Notes: generated by a model from the letters alone, not told the origin. A stretch of 64,000 nt of DNA from an uncultured Azospirillum sp. (GCA_900542055.1 UQMA01000002.1:5070-69069), one strand, 5' to 3'. Positions 9,166 to 17,943 are shown, counted from the first letter of the stretch. Numbers and translations are program-made.

Positions 9166-10298
9166 TATAATTCTCCTCTAAAAGCGCGTTTTAGAATAGA
9201 TTGTTTCAGTTCATCGAAATTTTTTATTTTTTGACTGTAAACCGCTTCAAGTTGCTTGATTTGTTCGTGAAGCTTATCAAGTCTGGCAACAATCCGCTCT
9301 TGCTCCAGTAATGATGGTAACTTAAATTGAACTTTTTTGATTAGATCACTACTTATATTTTGAACAATAGCTCCTGTTGCAAGCGCATCATATTGTTCTT
9401 TTATATAATTTGATGATAATAGATAATAAAAATAATCTGTATTAACTAAATTTTTATTTAACTTTAATACGAACCACCCATCATGTATATAACCATCTAT
9501 TTTTAAAATATATGGTTTTCCGTAGGACATGGAGTTACTTATTATAAAATCTCCTTCTTTTACATACCGCGACTTTTTTGCACCTTCTCCTGTAATTTTT
9601 TGTGCTGTACTTGTTACATATTTTTCCGAACAATCCCCAATCTTAATCCAATTTACACCACTACCGTCATTAGTAATAAAATTTTTAATAGGACGAGGCG
9701 AACTTCCACGCTCTACTACACATACCTCTCCTAGTGTTTTCTCTTCCCAATCATTGGTATTTTCCGTAAAGGCTTTGTTCAAGGAGCTTTCAAACAACTC
9801 TTTAGCATTTTTAAGATTGTTTTCGGTGATGGCTTTTGCTTTGTCTATCGCCTCAAAAGCTTTATCAAACTTTGCCACAATCCGCTCTTGCTCCGGTAAT
9901 GGTGGTAAAATAATTTTTTCTTTTTTATAGTCATTGTAATATATATGAGGAATTGCAGCTCCTTGATAATATTTTGAAAAATCAATAGATTGCAAATAAT
10001 AATAACCAAAACGAATATTTATTTCACATTTTGGAAATAAATATTGTAAAGTTCCTAAAACTGAAGAATTTGCTTCATAGTGATAAACTCTTCCAACACC
10101 TGCTCCGTCTTTTATAATCGCCAAATATTCTTTATCTTGTTGATAAAAATTTACTTTAGCAATAAGACCTCTTGCGCCATATACAGGATATTCTCCTTGA
10201 CAATTATTCAATTTGTTAGCTGATAAGACAGAAGCCCCTTTATCTAAAATATCCCCTAATGTCTTTTCTTGCCAGCCTGCCGGAATAGTTTTTGCCAT
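9165..10298 (-). CDS. hsdS: Type I restriction-modification specificity subunit
   Basis: Two target-recognition halves, each followed by a conserved helix (LPPLPEQERIVAKFDKAFEAI and LPSLLEQERIVARLDKLHEQI). Confidence 0.9.
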   Translation of the reverse strand: MAKTIPAGWQEKTLGDILDKGASVLSANKLNNCQGEYPVYGARGLIAKVNFYQQDKEYLAIIKDGAGVGRVYHYEANSSVLGTLQYLFPKCEINIRFGYYYLQSIDFSKYYQGAAIPHIYYNDYKKEKIILPPLPEQERIVAKFDKAFEAIDKAKAITENNLKNAKELFESSLNKAFTENTNDWEEKTLGEVCVVERGSSPRPIKNFITNDGSGVNWIKIGDCSEKYVTSTAQKITGEGAKKSRYVKEGDFIISNSMSYGKPYILKIDGYIHDGWFVLKLNKNLVNTDYFYYLLSSNYIKEQYDALATGAIVQNISSDLIKKVQFKLPSLLEQERIVARLDKLHEQIKQLEAVYSQKIKNFDELKQSILKRAFRGEL

Positions 10299-11743
10299 TA
10301 CAGCAGCTCCTTAATTTTCTTTAATAACTCGGTATTTTTTCTGTCCTCTTGCTCTATATTGGCAATAATCTCTGACGGCTCTCTATATTCAACCTCATCA
10401 CTTTTATTGGGGTTTTTAACCGATAAATCCAACGTGTCGGCTTTGACATCTGCCAAATCAACGAACCAAGAGTTTTCGGTTTCTTTCAGACTATTAAAAC
10501 AATCTAAAAAATCAGCCAAATCTTTTTCGTTAAGCGGATTGGTTTTGCCAAGATTTCTCTCCAAATTAAGCTGACAATACCAAATTTTTTGAGTGGGCTC
10601 GCCTTTTTTGAAAAATAAAACCACAGTTTTGACACCAGCAGAAAAAACTTTTGACGGCAAATCGAGTATTGCATACAAATTGCAGCTTTCCAGCAGCTCT
10701 CTTCTAACCTCTATTGCATCGCCGTTGCTTAAAAAGGTGTTTTTGATAACCAGACCCGCGCGCCCTCCGGCTTTAAGGCTTTTTATAAAGTGCTGAACAA
10801 ACATATATGCGGTTTCGCTTGTTTTTATCGGAAAGTTTTGAATGTCGGTTTTACTGGTGGCAGCGCCGAAAGGCGGATTTGCCAAAACAATGTCATATTG
10901 GTCTTTGCTTTGGATAGACATAATATTTTCAGACAAAGTGTCTTTACGGATTATATTGGGAGCTTCCACACCATGCAAAATCATATTCATAATGGCTATA
11001 ATATACGGCAGAGGCTTAAACTCTTTGCCGTACAAAGTTTTCTTCTGCAAAAATTCCATTTCGTCCACAGTAAGATTTTTGCTTTCTTTCAGATAATTAA
11101 AAGCTTCTACCAAAAATCCGGCAGAACCGCAGGCGCCGTCATATATTCTGTTTCCCAATTGCGGTTTGACTGCTTTTATAATCGCACGGATAAGCGGCCG
11201 CGGCGTATAATATTCTCCGCCGTTACGCCCGCTGTTGCCCATATTTTGAATTTTGTTTTCATAAAGTTCAGAAAGTTCATGTTTTTCCTTTGAGGTCTGA
11301 AAACGCATATCCTGCATATAGCCGATAACGTTACGCATTATATAGCCATCATTTATTTTGTTGCGTATTTCGCTGAAAATAATGCCGATTTTATACTCCA
11401 AAGTATCGGGTGTGTCTGCCAACTCCTTAAATTTTGCCAAATAAGGAAAAAGTTCGTCTTTTACAAACAATATTAAATCATCGCCGGTCATGGCCTGATC
11501 ATAATCAAGTTTTCCTTCCGCATTTTGGGGATATGCCCAACTGCTCCACGTATATTTTTTATTGATTATCGGATTATATTGCCGGCCATTCAGTTCGGCT
11601 TCAAGCGCACGATTGTTTTCAAGATCTTCCATATATTTTAAGAACAAAAGCCACGAAGTTTGCTCAATATAGTCCATTTCGGTTGAACAACCGGCGTCTT
11701 TATGCAATTCATTATCTATATTCTTAAAACTTTGCTCAAACAT
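10298..11743 (-). CDS. hsdM: Type I restriction-modification N6-adenine DNA methyltransferase subunit
   Basis: HsdM N-terminal domain, SAM motif DGACGSAGFL and catalytic NPPF. I place the start at ATG 11743 (MFEQSFKNIDNEL) rather than the 40-codon upstream extension. Confidence 0.92.
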   Translation of the reverse strand: MFEQSFKNIDNELHKDAGCSTEMDYIEQTSWLLFLKYMEDLENNRALEAELNGRQYNPIINKKYTWSSWAYPQNAEGKLDYDQAMTGDDLILFVKDELFPYLAKFKELADTPDTLEYKIGIIFSEIRNKINDGYIMRNVIGYMQDMRFQTSKEKHELSELYENKIQNMGNSGRNGGEYYTPRPLIRAIIKAVKPQLGNRIYDGACGSAGFLVEAFNYLKESKNLTVDEMEFLQKKTLYGKEFKPLPYIIAIMNMILHGVEAPNIIRKDTLSENIMSIQSKDQYDIVLANPPFGAATSKTDIQNFPIKTSETAYMFVQHFIKSLKAGGRAGLVIKNTFLSNGDAIEVRRELLESCNLYAILDLPSKVFSAGVKTVVLFFKKGEPTQKIWYCQLNLERNLGKTNPLNEKDLADFLDCFNSLKETENSWFVDLADVKADTLDLSVKNPNKSDEVEYREPSEIIANIEQEDRKNTELLKKIKELL

Positions 11744-12033
11744 ATCACACCTTTTCGGCAACAAAAAAAGCCGCTGATGAGGCGACTGGAAGTTGGAAAC
11801 TACACTTAGATAGTGCGACATATTCGAAACCTTGTAGGGAGATTGCTCCCTACAAGATACCATATTTTGTCACCTTCCAGTCATAAAACCAGAAGGCATA
11901 TAAAGTTTTCGTCCTTATATAAGACGCTAAGTGAGAGGTTTCCACACCTCAGATAGTTCATCAATTCTATCCGCTTTGGATAGTATCGGTTTAATCCGCA
12001 AAAAGCAAGAAAATTTCATTACTGCGTCCATAA

Positions 12034-12066
12034 CAAAAATCCCCCTGCTTTGCGATAAACAGGGGG
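12034..12066 (-). terminator. Rho-independent terminator of the dxs-like gene
   Basis: CCCCCTG (12041-12047) pairs with CAGGGGG (12060-12066). On the minus strand it is followed by ATTTTTG. Confidence 0.7.
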
Positions 12067-12089
12067 ACCGGATTTTTAATGCAAACAGA

Positions 12090-13838
12090 TTAAATGTTCT
12101 TTGTAATATCCGCTACGATTTGTTCAACAGTTAAGTGATTGTGTTGATAGATCTCATCCAGCGGTGTTCTGTCGGTAAACTCTTTTTTGGCGCCAAAATT
12201 CAAAACTTTCATTGCTGAAGTTCCATAAAATGAAGCTATTTTTTCACCAAAACCGCCATTGACAATTCCATCTTCCAAAGTGGCAACCAAACTGTGATTT
12301 GACCGCAATTCGTCTAAAACATTTTCATCAATTCCACTCAAATAACGCGGATTAATCAAAGTTGCGTTAATGCCTTTTTCTTTCAGTCTATCGGCAACCT
12401 GCTGTCCCAAGCCGAAAAAGCTTCCGGCGGCAATCAAAGCAACCTGACTGCCCTTTTGCGCTATTTGATAACGATTGAGCGCACCATAGTTTTTTTCAAC
12501 AGCCGACGCGCTGTGTGTTACAACTGACGGTATACGAATCACAACCGGATGTTCGTTTTGATCAACAGCCCAATCCAACATGGATAAATATTCTTCTTTT
12601 GAAGTCGGAGCCAAATAAACAATATTCGGAATATTCGAAATCATCGCAATATCAAAACAGCCCAAATGGGTTACATCCGCGCTCGAAATTCCCGCCCACG
12701 AAACCAAAATAACAGCCGGATTGTTGTTTATCGCCAAATCTTGCGACAATTGATCATATGCGCGTTGAATGAAAGAACTCAACACCATATAAACAGGTTT
12801 GCAGCCGCCTTTGGCCAGCGCCGACGAAAAAGCGACCGCATGCTCTTCGGCAATGCCGACATCAACAAAATTTTGCCCCAGCTTCGCTCTGCGTTCCGGT
12901 GTTAAGCCAACAGCCCCAGGAGTTCCGGCATTGACAGCCACAACCGTTTTATCTTTGGCAATTTTATCAATTAAATAATCATAAGTTATATCATTGTAAT
13001 TTTCACCCGACATATCAATTTTGGCTTTTCCGCTTTCGATTTCAAACGGAACATTCCAGTGCCAACGTTCCTTGTTTTCTTCGGCCGGTTTATAGCCTTT
13101 GCCTTTCAAAGTGCGAATATGAACCACTGTCGGGCGCGGAGTGTCTTTAACCTGTTTGAAAGCGGCAATCAGACTTTCAAGAGAGTTTCCGTCTTCAACA
13201 TACAGATAATCAAACCCCAAAGCTTTGAACATATTGCATTCGGCTGTTCCTTTGGTTTCGCGCAAAAGACGCAAATTGTTATACAGTCCGCCATGATTTT
13301 CGGCAATCGACATCTCGTTGTCATTAACCACAATGATAATATTGCTGTTCAGCACAGCTGCATTGCTAAAACCTTCCAAAGCCTCGCCGCCCGACAAAGA
13401 ACCATCGCCGATTAAGGCTATCACATTATGTTTTTCACTTTTCAAATCACGTGCTTTTGCCAAACCGCAAGCCAAACTTACAGAAGTTGAAGTATGTCCG
13501 ACCTTAAAAAAGTCATGTTCGCTTTCAGCGGGATTGGTATAACCGGAAATAACCGACATGCCTTCTTTGGTTAAAAATCCGTTTTTACGGCCGGTCAGCA
13601 GCTTGTGCGGATAGCTTTGATGCGAAACATCATAAACAATTTTGTCTTTTGGAGAATCAAAAACATAATGCAAAGCTATTGTTGCTTCGACAATCCCCAA
13701 ATTAGGTCCGACGTGTCCGCCAATCATACTGTCACGATTGAGAATCGCCTGACGAATCTCATCAGCCAGACCATTCATTTCGTGAATACTAAATTTTTTC
13801 AAATCTTGCGGCGCATTTATGCGATCCAAATATGTCAT
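12090..13838 (-). CDS. 1-deoxy-D-xylulose-5-phosphate synthase family (transketolase-like) protein; short paralogue type
   Basis: Contains GGHVGPNLGIVE, DVSHQSYPHKLLTGR, the ThDP motif IGDGSLSGG...NDNEMSI and a pyrimidine-binding half. It is 582 aa, shorter than typical Dxs. Confidence 0.8.
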   Translation of the reverse strand: MTYLDRINAPQDLKKFSIHEMNGLADEIRQAILNRDSMIGGHVGPNLGIVEATIALHYVFDSPKDKIVYDVSHQSYPHKLLTGRKNGFLTKEGMSVISGYTNPAESEHDFFKVGHTSTSVSLACGLAKARDLKSEKHNVIALIGDGSLSGGEALEGFSNAAVLNSNIIIVVNDNEMSIAENHGGLYNNLRLLRETKGTAECNMFKALGFDYLYVEDGNSLESLIAAFKQVKDTPRPTVVHIRTLKGKGYKPAEENKERWHWNVPFEIESGKAKIDMSGENYNDITYDYLIDKIAKDKTVVAVNAGTPGAVGLTPERRAKLGQNFVDVGIAEEHAVAFSSALAKGGCKPVYMVLSSFIQRAYDQLSQDLAINNNPAVILVSWAGISSADVTHLGCFDIAMISNIPNIVYLAPTSKEEYLSMLDWAVDQNEHPVVIRIPSVVTHSASAVEKNYGALNRYQIAQKGSQVALIAAGSFFGLGQQVADRLKEKGINATLINPRYLSGIDENVLDELRSNHSLVATLEDGIVNGGFGEKIASFYGTSAMKVLNFGAKKEFTDRTPLDEIYQHNHLTVEQIVADITKNI

Positions 13839-13871
13839 ATTTATCTCCTTTGAAAATTCATAACTTACCGC

Positions 13872-13902
13872 ATAATAAAATTTAGAGTTAACTTTAAGTC
13901 AA
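13872..13902 (-). promoter_or_regulatory. MerR-type promoter (19-bp spacer) with a dyad operator, upstream of the dxs-like gene
   Basis: The minus strand reads TTGACT-TAAAGTTAACTCTAAATTT-TATTAT. The dyad core is TTAAAGTTAACTCTAA (13882-13897). Confidence 0.6.
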
Positions 13903-13909
13903 GCGTTTT

Positions 13910-14950
13910 TTATTTTTTATCGCCGTTTTGTTCTTTCTGTTCAACCAAAGTGTTTTCAAAAAACTTTTCGATAGCGTCAAACGGTATCAAATCTTTTCTG
14001 TCATACAAATCGACATGATCGGCTCCAGAAACGGAATAAAGCTCTTTCGGATCTTCCGCCACCAAAAAAGCATCTTCGCTAAAATTGCGCGTATGGGCTT
14101 TTTCACCGACAATAAACAGAATCGGACGCGGAGAAATCAAATCAACCTGAGCAGTCGGATTATATGCTATCAACGCCGGAATATCCGACAGATAAATATC
14201 GGGATGAGCGCGCGGGTGGCTTCCTCTTTCCGTATGGTAATAAGCATAAAAAGATTTGTCTGCATCAGAAGTTTGGGCTGTTATCTTTTCGGGAACAAAA
14301 CCTATTGTTTGGCCTTTATTGCCGTCTAATTCAGCAATACGGGCGTTTGAATATTCTTCCAGATTGTTTTGGAGTTCTTCTTTATCTTTATTGCCGTCCG
14401 CTCCTTGTCTGAATTGGCGTCCCAAATCATACATATTGATTGTTATTATCGCTTTCATACGCATATCAGCCACCGCCGCCGCCAAAGCCCACGCACCGCC
14501 GCTGCTTATGCCGATAACGCCGATATTTTTTTCATCTACCTCAGGGCGATTGCTCAAAAAATCAACTGCCGCACGAAAATCTTCAACAAAAATTTCAGGA
14601 GAAACCGAATATTTTGGTTGTCCTCCGCTTTCTCCCATAAATGAAGAATCAAAAGCCAAAGTTGCAAAACCTCGTTCGGCTAATGTTTTGGCGTACAAAC
14701 CTGAAGTTTGCTCTTTGACACTTCCTAAAGGACCGCCGATAACGACCGCCGGCAATTTTTTGCCCTGCTCTCCGGCCTTAGGAAGATAAAAATCAGCAGC
14801 TATATTAATCCCGCGGCGATTATAAAAAGAAACTTTTTGGCTGACAGCTGAATTTTTTTCTTTATTTTCATCTGTTGTCTGTGCTCGAGCTTCTGTAAAT
14901 AAAAATATTGCCGCCGCTGCAAGAAACAAAAATTTACATAATTTATACAT
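13910..14950 (-). CDS. Secreted alpha/beta-fold hydrolase
   Basis: N-terminal signal peptide (MYKLCKFLFLAAAAIFLFTEARA), nucleophile elbow GISSGG, AAGGAG SD. Confidence 0.75.
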   Translation of the reverse strand: MYKLCKFLFLAAAAIFLFTEARAQTTDENKEKNSAVSQKVSFYNRRGINIAADFYLPKAGEQGKKLPAVVIGGPLGSVKEQTSGLYAKTLAERGFATLAFDSSFMGESGGQPKYSVSPEIFVEDFRAAVDFLSNRPEVDEKNIGVIGISSGGAWALAAAVADMRMKAIITINMYDLGRQFRQGADGNKDKEELQNNLEEYSNARIAELDGNKGQTIGFVPEKITAQTSDADKSFYAYYHTERGSHPRAHPDIYLSDIPALIAYNPTAQVDLISPRPILFIVGEKAHTRNFSEDAFLVAEDPKELYSVSGADHVDLYDRKDLIPFDAIEKFFENTLVEQKEQNGDKK

Positions 14951-14976
14951 CGCAATCTCCTTATATCAGATGAAAT

Positions 14977-15007
14977 AAATTATTTATTAGAGCTAACTTT
15001 AAGTCAA
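14977..15007 (-). promoter_or_regulatory. Second MerR-type promoter/operator, upstream of the hydrolase and divergent from merR
   Basis: The minus strand reads TTGACT-TAAAGTTAGCTCTAATAAA-TAATTT (19-bp spacer). The core at 14987-15002 differs from copy 1 at one position. Confidence 0.6.
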
Positions 15008-15064
15008 GTCTTTTTATTGACAAAAAACCTTTTTTATGTTTTAGCATAAGGCAAGGAGAAAAAA

Positions 15065-15490
15065 ATGGGATATTCTATCGGGCAAGTTGCCAAAAAAACT
15101 GGTTTAACTGCACATACACTGCGCTATTATGAAAAAGAAGGACTGCTGCCCTTCGTCAAAAAAAACAGCTCGGGATTGCGCGTTTTTACCGACAATGACT
15201 TAGGCTGGCTGTCTATGATTGAATGCCTGAAAGATACCGGAATGCCGCTGAAAGCCATCAAACAATATATTGATTGGTTCACAGAAGGAGATTCTACTTT
15301 GCAGCAACGTTACGATATGTTTTGCAAACAAAAAGAAAATGTTGAAAAACAAATTGCTTTGTTTCAAAAACATCTTCGCAAAATCAATTTTAAAATGACT
15401 CTCTACGAAAAAGCTTTAAAATTGGGCTCTTTGGAAAAAGCAATGGCTGATAAAGAAATAGAAAAACTGAAAAAAGAAATTTATGAATAA
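15065..15490 (+). CDS. MerR-family transcriptional regulator
   Basis: N-terminal HTH IGQVAKKTGLTAHTLRYYEKEGLL followed by a coiled-coil dimerisation helix. It has a single Cys (C54) at the start of the helix following the wing. Confidence 0.85.
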   Translation: MGYSIGQVAKKTGLTAHTLRYYEKEGLLPFVKKNSSGLRVFTDNDLGWLSMIECLKDTGMPLKAIKQYIDWFTEGDSTLQQRYDMFCKQKENVEKQIALFQKHLRKINFKMTLYEKALKLGSLEKAMADKEIEKLKKEIYE

Positions 15491-15491
15491 C

Positions 15492-16373
15492 TTATAGATT
15501 TTTTAGAATATCCTTATAATAGTTCAAAACAACGCGTATTTTTGGAATATCTTTAATACTGTCGTGCGTTACCAAATAAATTATGGAATTTGTTTCACAG
15601 GGAATATTGTCAAGACAAACAAGCCCAACGCCTTCTTTGGCAAAATTCATCGGCATAATACCTATACCACCGCCGTTCATTATCATATCATTGACAGCAA
15701 ATGTGCTGTTGGATAAAAACAGCCGACGCGCGTTGCGCATAAATTTCGGAGCTTCTTCCACCCATTTTTTGCAATCTCGTTTTAATATCAAGCGGTGGTA
15801 TAACAAAATGTCTTCTATATTTTGAGGATAATCATGATTTTCTAAATATTTCTGTGATGCAAAAAATCCGCATGGAGTTTTACGTTCGGCAACAACCACC
15901 AAATCATTCCCTTTAGGAATATGGTAACTCAAACAAATATCATAATCCAAATTGCTCATATTCGGAACCAAATTGCAAGTATCTACAAAAATTGATAAAT
16001 TTGAATATTTATCAAGAAAGTCACGTAAATGACGGATATAAAAATTACTACGGACATTACTTTCATAAATAATTTTAACTTCGCCTTTAATATCTGAACT
16101 AACAGCCGCAACATTATAAGCCTGCTGAATATTATTTTTTATTTCTTCGGCTATTTCGGTTACCTGTTCACCTTTAGGTGTAAGAAAACATCCTTTTTCA
16201 TCAGAAGCGACCAGTTTAACACCTAGTTCATTTTCTAGATTACTCAAATATTTATTCAAAGTGTCTATTGAAGTGTTTAAAAACTTTGCGGCTGTACGTT
16301 TTCCGCCGTATTTTTGAATAGCATGGAGCATCATAATGCCTTCCATATTCATAAGATCACGTTTACTAAACAT
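15492..16373 (-). CDS. LysR-family transcriptional regulator
   Basis: N-terminal HTH (LHAIQKYGGKRTAAKFLNTSIDTLNKYLSNLENELGVKL) plus a substrate-binding-domain-sized C-terminus. Confidence 0.85.
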   Translation of the reverse strand: MFSKRDLMNMEGIMMLHAIQKYGGKRTAAKFLNTSIDTLNKYLSNLENELGVKLVASDEKGCFLTPKGEQVTEIAEEIKNNIQQAYNVAAVSSDIKGEVKIIYESNVRSNFYIRHLRDFLDKYSNLSIFVDTCNLVPNMSNLDYDICLSYHIPKGNDLVVVAERKTPCGFFASQKYLENHDYPQNIEDILLYHRLILKRDCKKWVEEAPKFMRNARRLFLSNSTFAVNDMIMNGGGIGIMPMNFAKEGVGLVCLDNIPCETNSIIYLVTHDSIKDIPKIRVVLNYYKDILKNL

Positions 16374-16493
16374 TTTATCCTCACTTCAATAATATTGTAT
16401 CTAATTGAAAAATATAAACAATATTTTATCCAAAATAACTAATAGTTGCAAGTTTTTATTGAAATATATTATTGAAACTAAAAATTTCAACGC

Positions 16494-16535
16494 AAAAAAA
16501 AACGGCTTCAAACTGTCTAACCAGTTCAAAGCCGT
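16494..16535 (-). terminator. Rho-independent terminator of the small basic ORF
   Basis: On the minus strand, ACGGCUUUGAACUG pairs with CAGUUUGAAGCCGU and is followed by U9. The two G-U pairs exist only on the minus strand (they would be C-A mismatches on the plus strand), which fixes the orientation. Confidence 0.75.
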
Positions 16536-16560
16536 GTACAAAACACTCTAGAAAGGAAAA

Positions 16561-16719
16561 CTATGCCGTAGGTTCTACTGCATAATTACCGTTCCGTTTT
16601 CTACGATTTTTATAATCGTCACGAGATTTCTGATAGTCGGTCTTGCCAACTTTGTTCTTACGAAACTCGCCCTTTTCTTTCTTAGAATTGCGAGTAAAAC
16701 GTTTAGTTTTGTTTGCCAT
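16561..16719 (-). CDS. Unlisted 52-aa highly basic mini-protein
   Basis: ATG 16719 to TAG 16561 encodes MANKTKRFTRNSKKEKGEFRKNKVGKTDYQKSRDDYKNRRKRNGNYAVEPTA. A strong terminator lies 25 nt downstream. No obvious SD. Confidence 0.5.
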   Translation of the reverse strand: MANKTKRFTRNSKKEKGEFRKNKVGKTDYQKSRDDYKNRRKRNGNYAVEPTA

Positions 16720-16840
16720 AAAGCTTAAATGTTTAAAAATTAATAATATATAAAAAATCTGTAATTGGACAGAATATTATCTTTTTTCTGTCTTTTGTCA
16801 AGATAAAAAATATATTTTTTACGCATAAATAACTATTAAC

Positions 16841-16862
16841 TTAGAGTAAACTTTAAATGTCA
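16841..16862 (-). promoter_or_regulatory. Third, weaker copy of the MerR-type operator
   Basis: The minus strand reads CTGACA-TTTAAAGTTTACTCTAAGT-TAATAG. The core TTAAAGTTTACTCTAA has one mismatch to copy 1, but its register relative to the -35 is shifted by 2 nt. Confidence 0.35.
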
Positions 16863-16924
16863 GTCTAAAAAAATGAATTAATTCATAATAGATATCCCCC
16901 TCGGTAACCGGAGATTCTATAGAA

Positions 16925-16950
16925 AAGGCACCCAAAAGGTGCCTTTTGTT
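16925..16950. terminator. Terminator hairpin after the folA-thyA operon
   Basis: AAGGCACC (16925-16932) pairs with GGTGCCTT (16938-16945). T-rich sequence flanks it on both strands. Confidence 0.6.
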
Positions 16951-16954
16951 TTGC

Positions 16955-17134
16955 TTAATCTTTATATTTTTCCATATAAGCAGGTGAAAACCCTTGAGGA
17001 TGCCTCTTTTTAAGCTTGGCAACATTTTGTCTGATAATGTCATCAAAATCAATTCCTAAAGCTATTGAAGCCGATGATGTGACGCTATCAACAAAGCTGC
17101 TATATTCATGACAAAAATCTTTTACTTCAGACAT
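16955..17134 (-). CDS. Unlisted 59-aa ORF resembling the C-terminal half of a MazG-like NTP pyrophosphohydrolase; possibly a remnant
   Basis: Encodes MSEVKDFCHEYSSFVDSVTSSASIALGIDFDDIIRQNVAKLKKRHPQGFSPAYMEKYKD. The ending ..LGID..NVAKLKKRHP.GF is typical of MazG-family C-termini. AGGAAA lies upstream, and the ORF starts 17 nt after the thyA stop. Confidence 0.4.
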   Translation of the reverse strand: MSEVKDFCHEYSSFVDSVTSSASIALGIDFDDIIRQNVAKLKKRHPQGFSPAYMEKYKD

Positions 17135-17150
17135 CTTTATTTTTCCTGCT

Positions 17151-17939
17151 CTATACTGCCACCGCTCCGGTCAACTTAGGATGGCATTGATAATCAACCA
17201 ATTCAAAATCTTCATAACGAAAATCGTCAATATTTTTTATATCGGGATTAATTTTCATTTGCGGCAAAGGATAAGGTTTTCTTGTCAGTTGTTCTTTTAC
17301 CTGTTCAAAATGATTGTTATAAATGTGGGCATTTCCCAGCGTATGCACAAATTCGCCGGCTTTCAGTCCGCAAACCTGAGCTATCATCATTGTCAGCAGA
17401 GAATATGACGCTATATTAAACGGAACTCCCAAAAACATATCGCAGCTGCGTTGATACAGCTGACAATTCAAACGTCCGTCCGGCGTTACGTCAAATTGAA
17501 AAAAACAATGACACGGAGGTAAAGCCATTTGCTCTATTTGTGAAGGATTCCATGCTGTTACAATTAAACGCCTGTCCGTCGGATTTTTTTTGATACGTTC
17601 AATCACATCCTTGATTTGGTCAATACCTTCGGAATTCCAGTTGCGCCATTGGTGACCATAAACAGGTCCCAAATCGCCGTTTTCATCAGCCCATTCATCC
17701 CAAATATGTACATTGTTATCCGTTAAATATTTAATATTAGTATTGCCGGACAACAGCCAAATAAGTTCGTGTATAACACCTTTCAAAAACATTTTTTTAG
17801 TGGTGACTAAAGGAAAACCTTTGCTTAAATCAAAGTGCATCTGCCGTCCGAAAACCTTGCGGGCATAGATTCCCGTGCGGTTATCGCCGTCTTGTCCATT
17901 TTCCATAACATCACGAAGTAAATCAAGATACTGTTTCAT
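17151..17939 (-). CDS. thyA: Thymidylate synthase
   Basis: Full-length ThyA pattern (RTG...[41 protein letters not shown]). Confidence 0.97.
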   Translation of the reverse strand: MKQYLDLLRDVMENGQDGDNRTGIYARKVFGRQMHFDLSKGFPLVTTKKMFLKGVIHELIWLLSGNTNIKYLTDNNVHIWDEWADENGDLGPVYGHQWRNWNSEGIDQIKDVIERIKKNPTDRRLIVTAWNPSQIEQMALPPCHCFFQFDVTPDGRLNCQLYQRSCDMFLGVPFNIASYSLLTMMIAQVCGLKAGEFVHTLGNAHIYNNHFEQVKEQLTRKPYPLPQMKINPDIKNIDDFRYEDFELVDYQCHPKLTGAVAV

Positions 17940-17943
17940 TATA

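Noticed and set aside
11744-11863. A 40-codon N-terminal extension of hsdM in the ORF track
   Set aside because: The extension crosses the hairpin-rich non-coding region. The internal ATG at 11743 starts the conserved HsdM N-terminal sequence.
14256-14789. A 177-aa + strand ORF, plus other + strand ORFs in 13928-14644
   Set aside because: They are antisense within the alpha/beta hydrolase gene, which has a signal peptide, the GxSxG motif and an SD.
16819-17052. A 77-aa minus-strand ORF
   Set aside because: It spans a terminator hairpin and the third MerR-like operator. A different frame gives the SD-preceded MazG-like 59-aa ORF, which fits the operon better.
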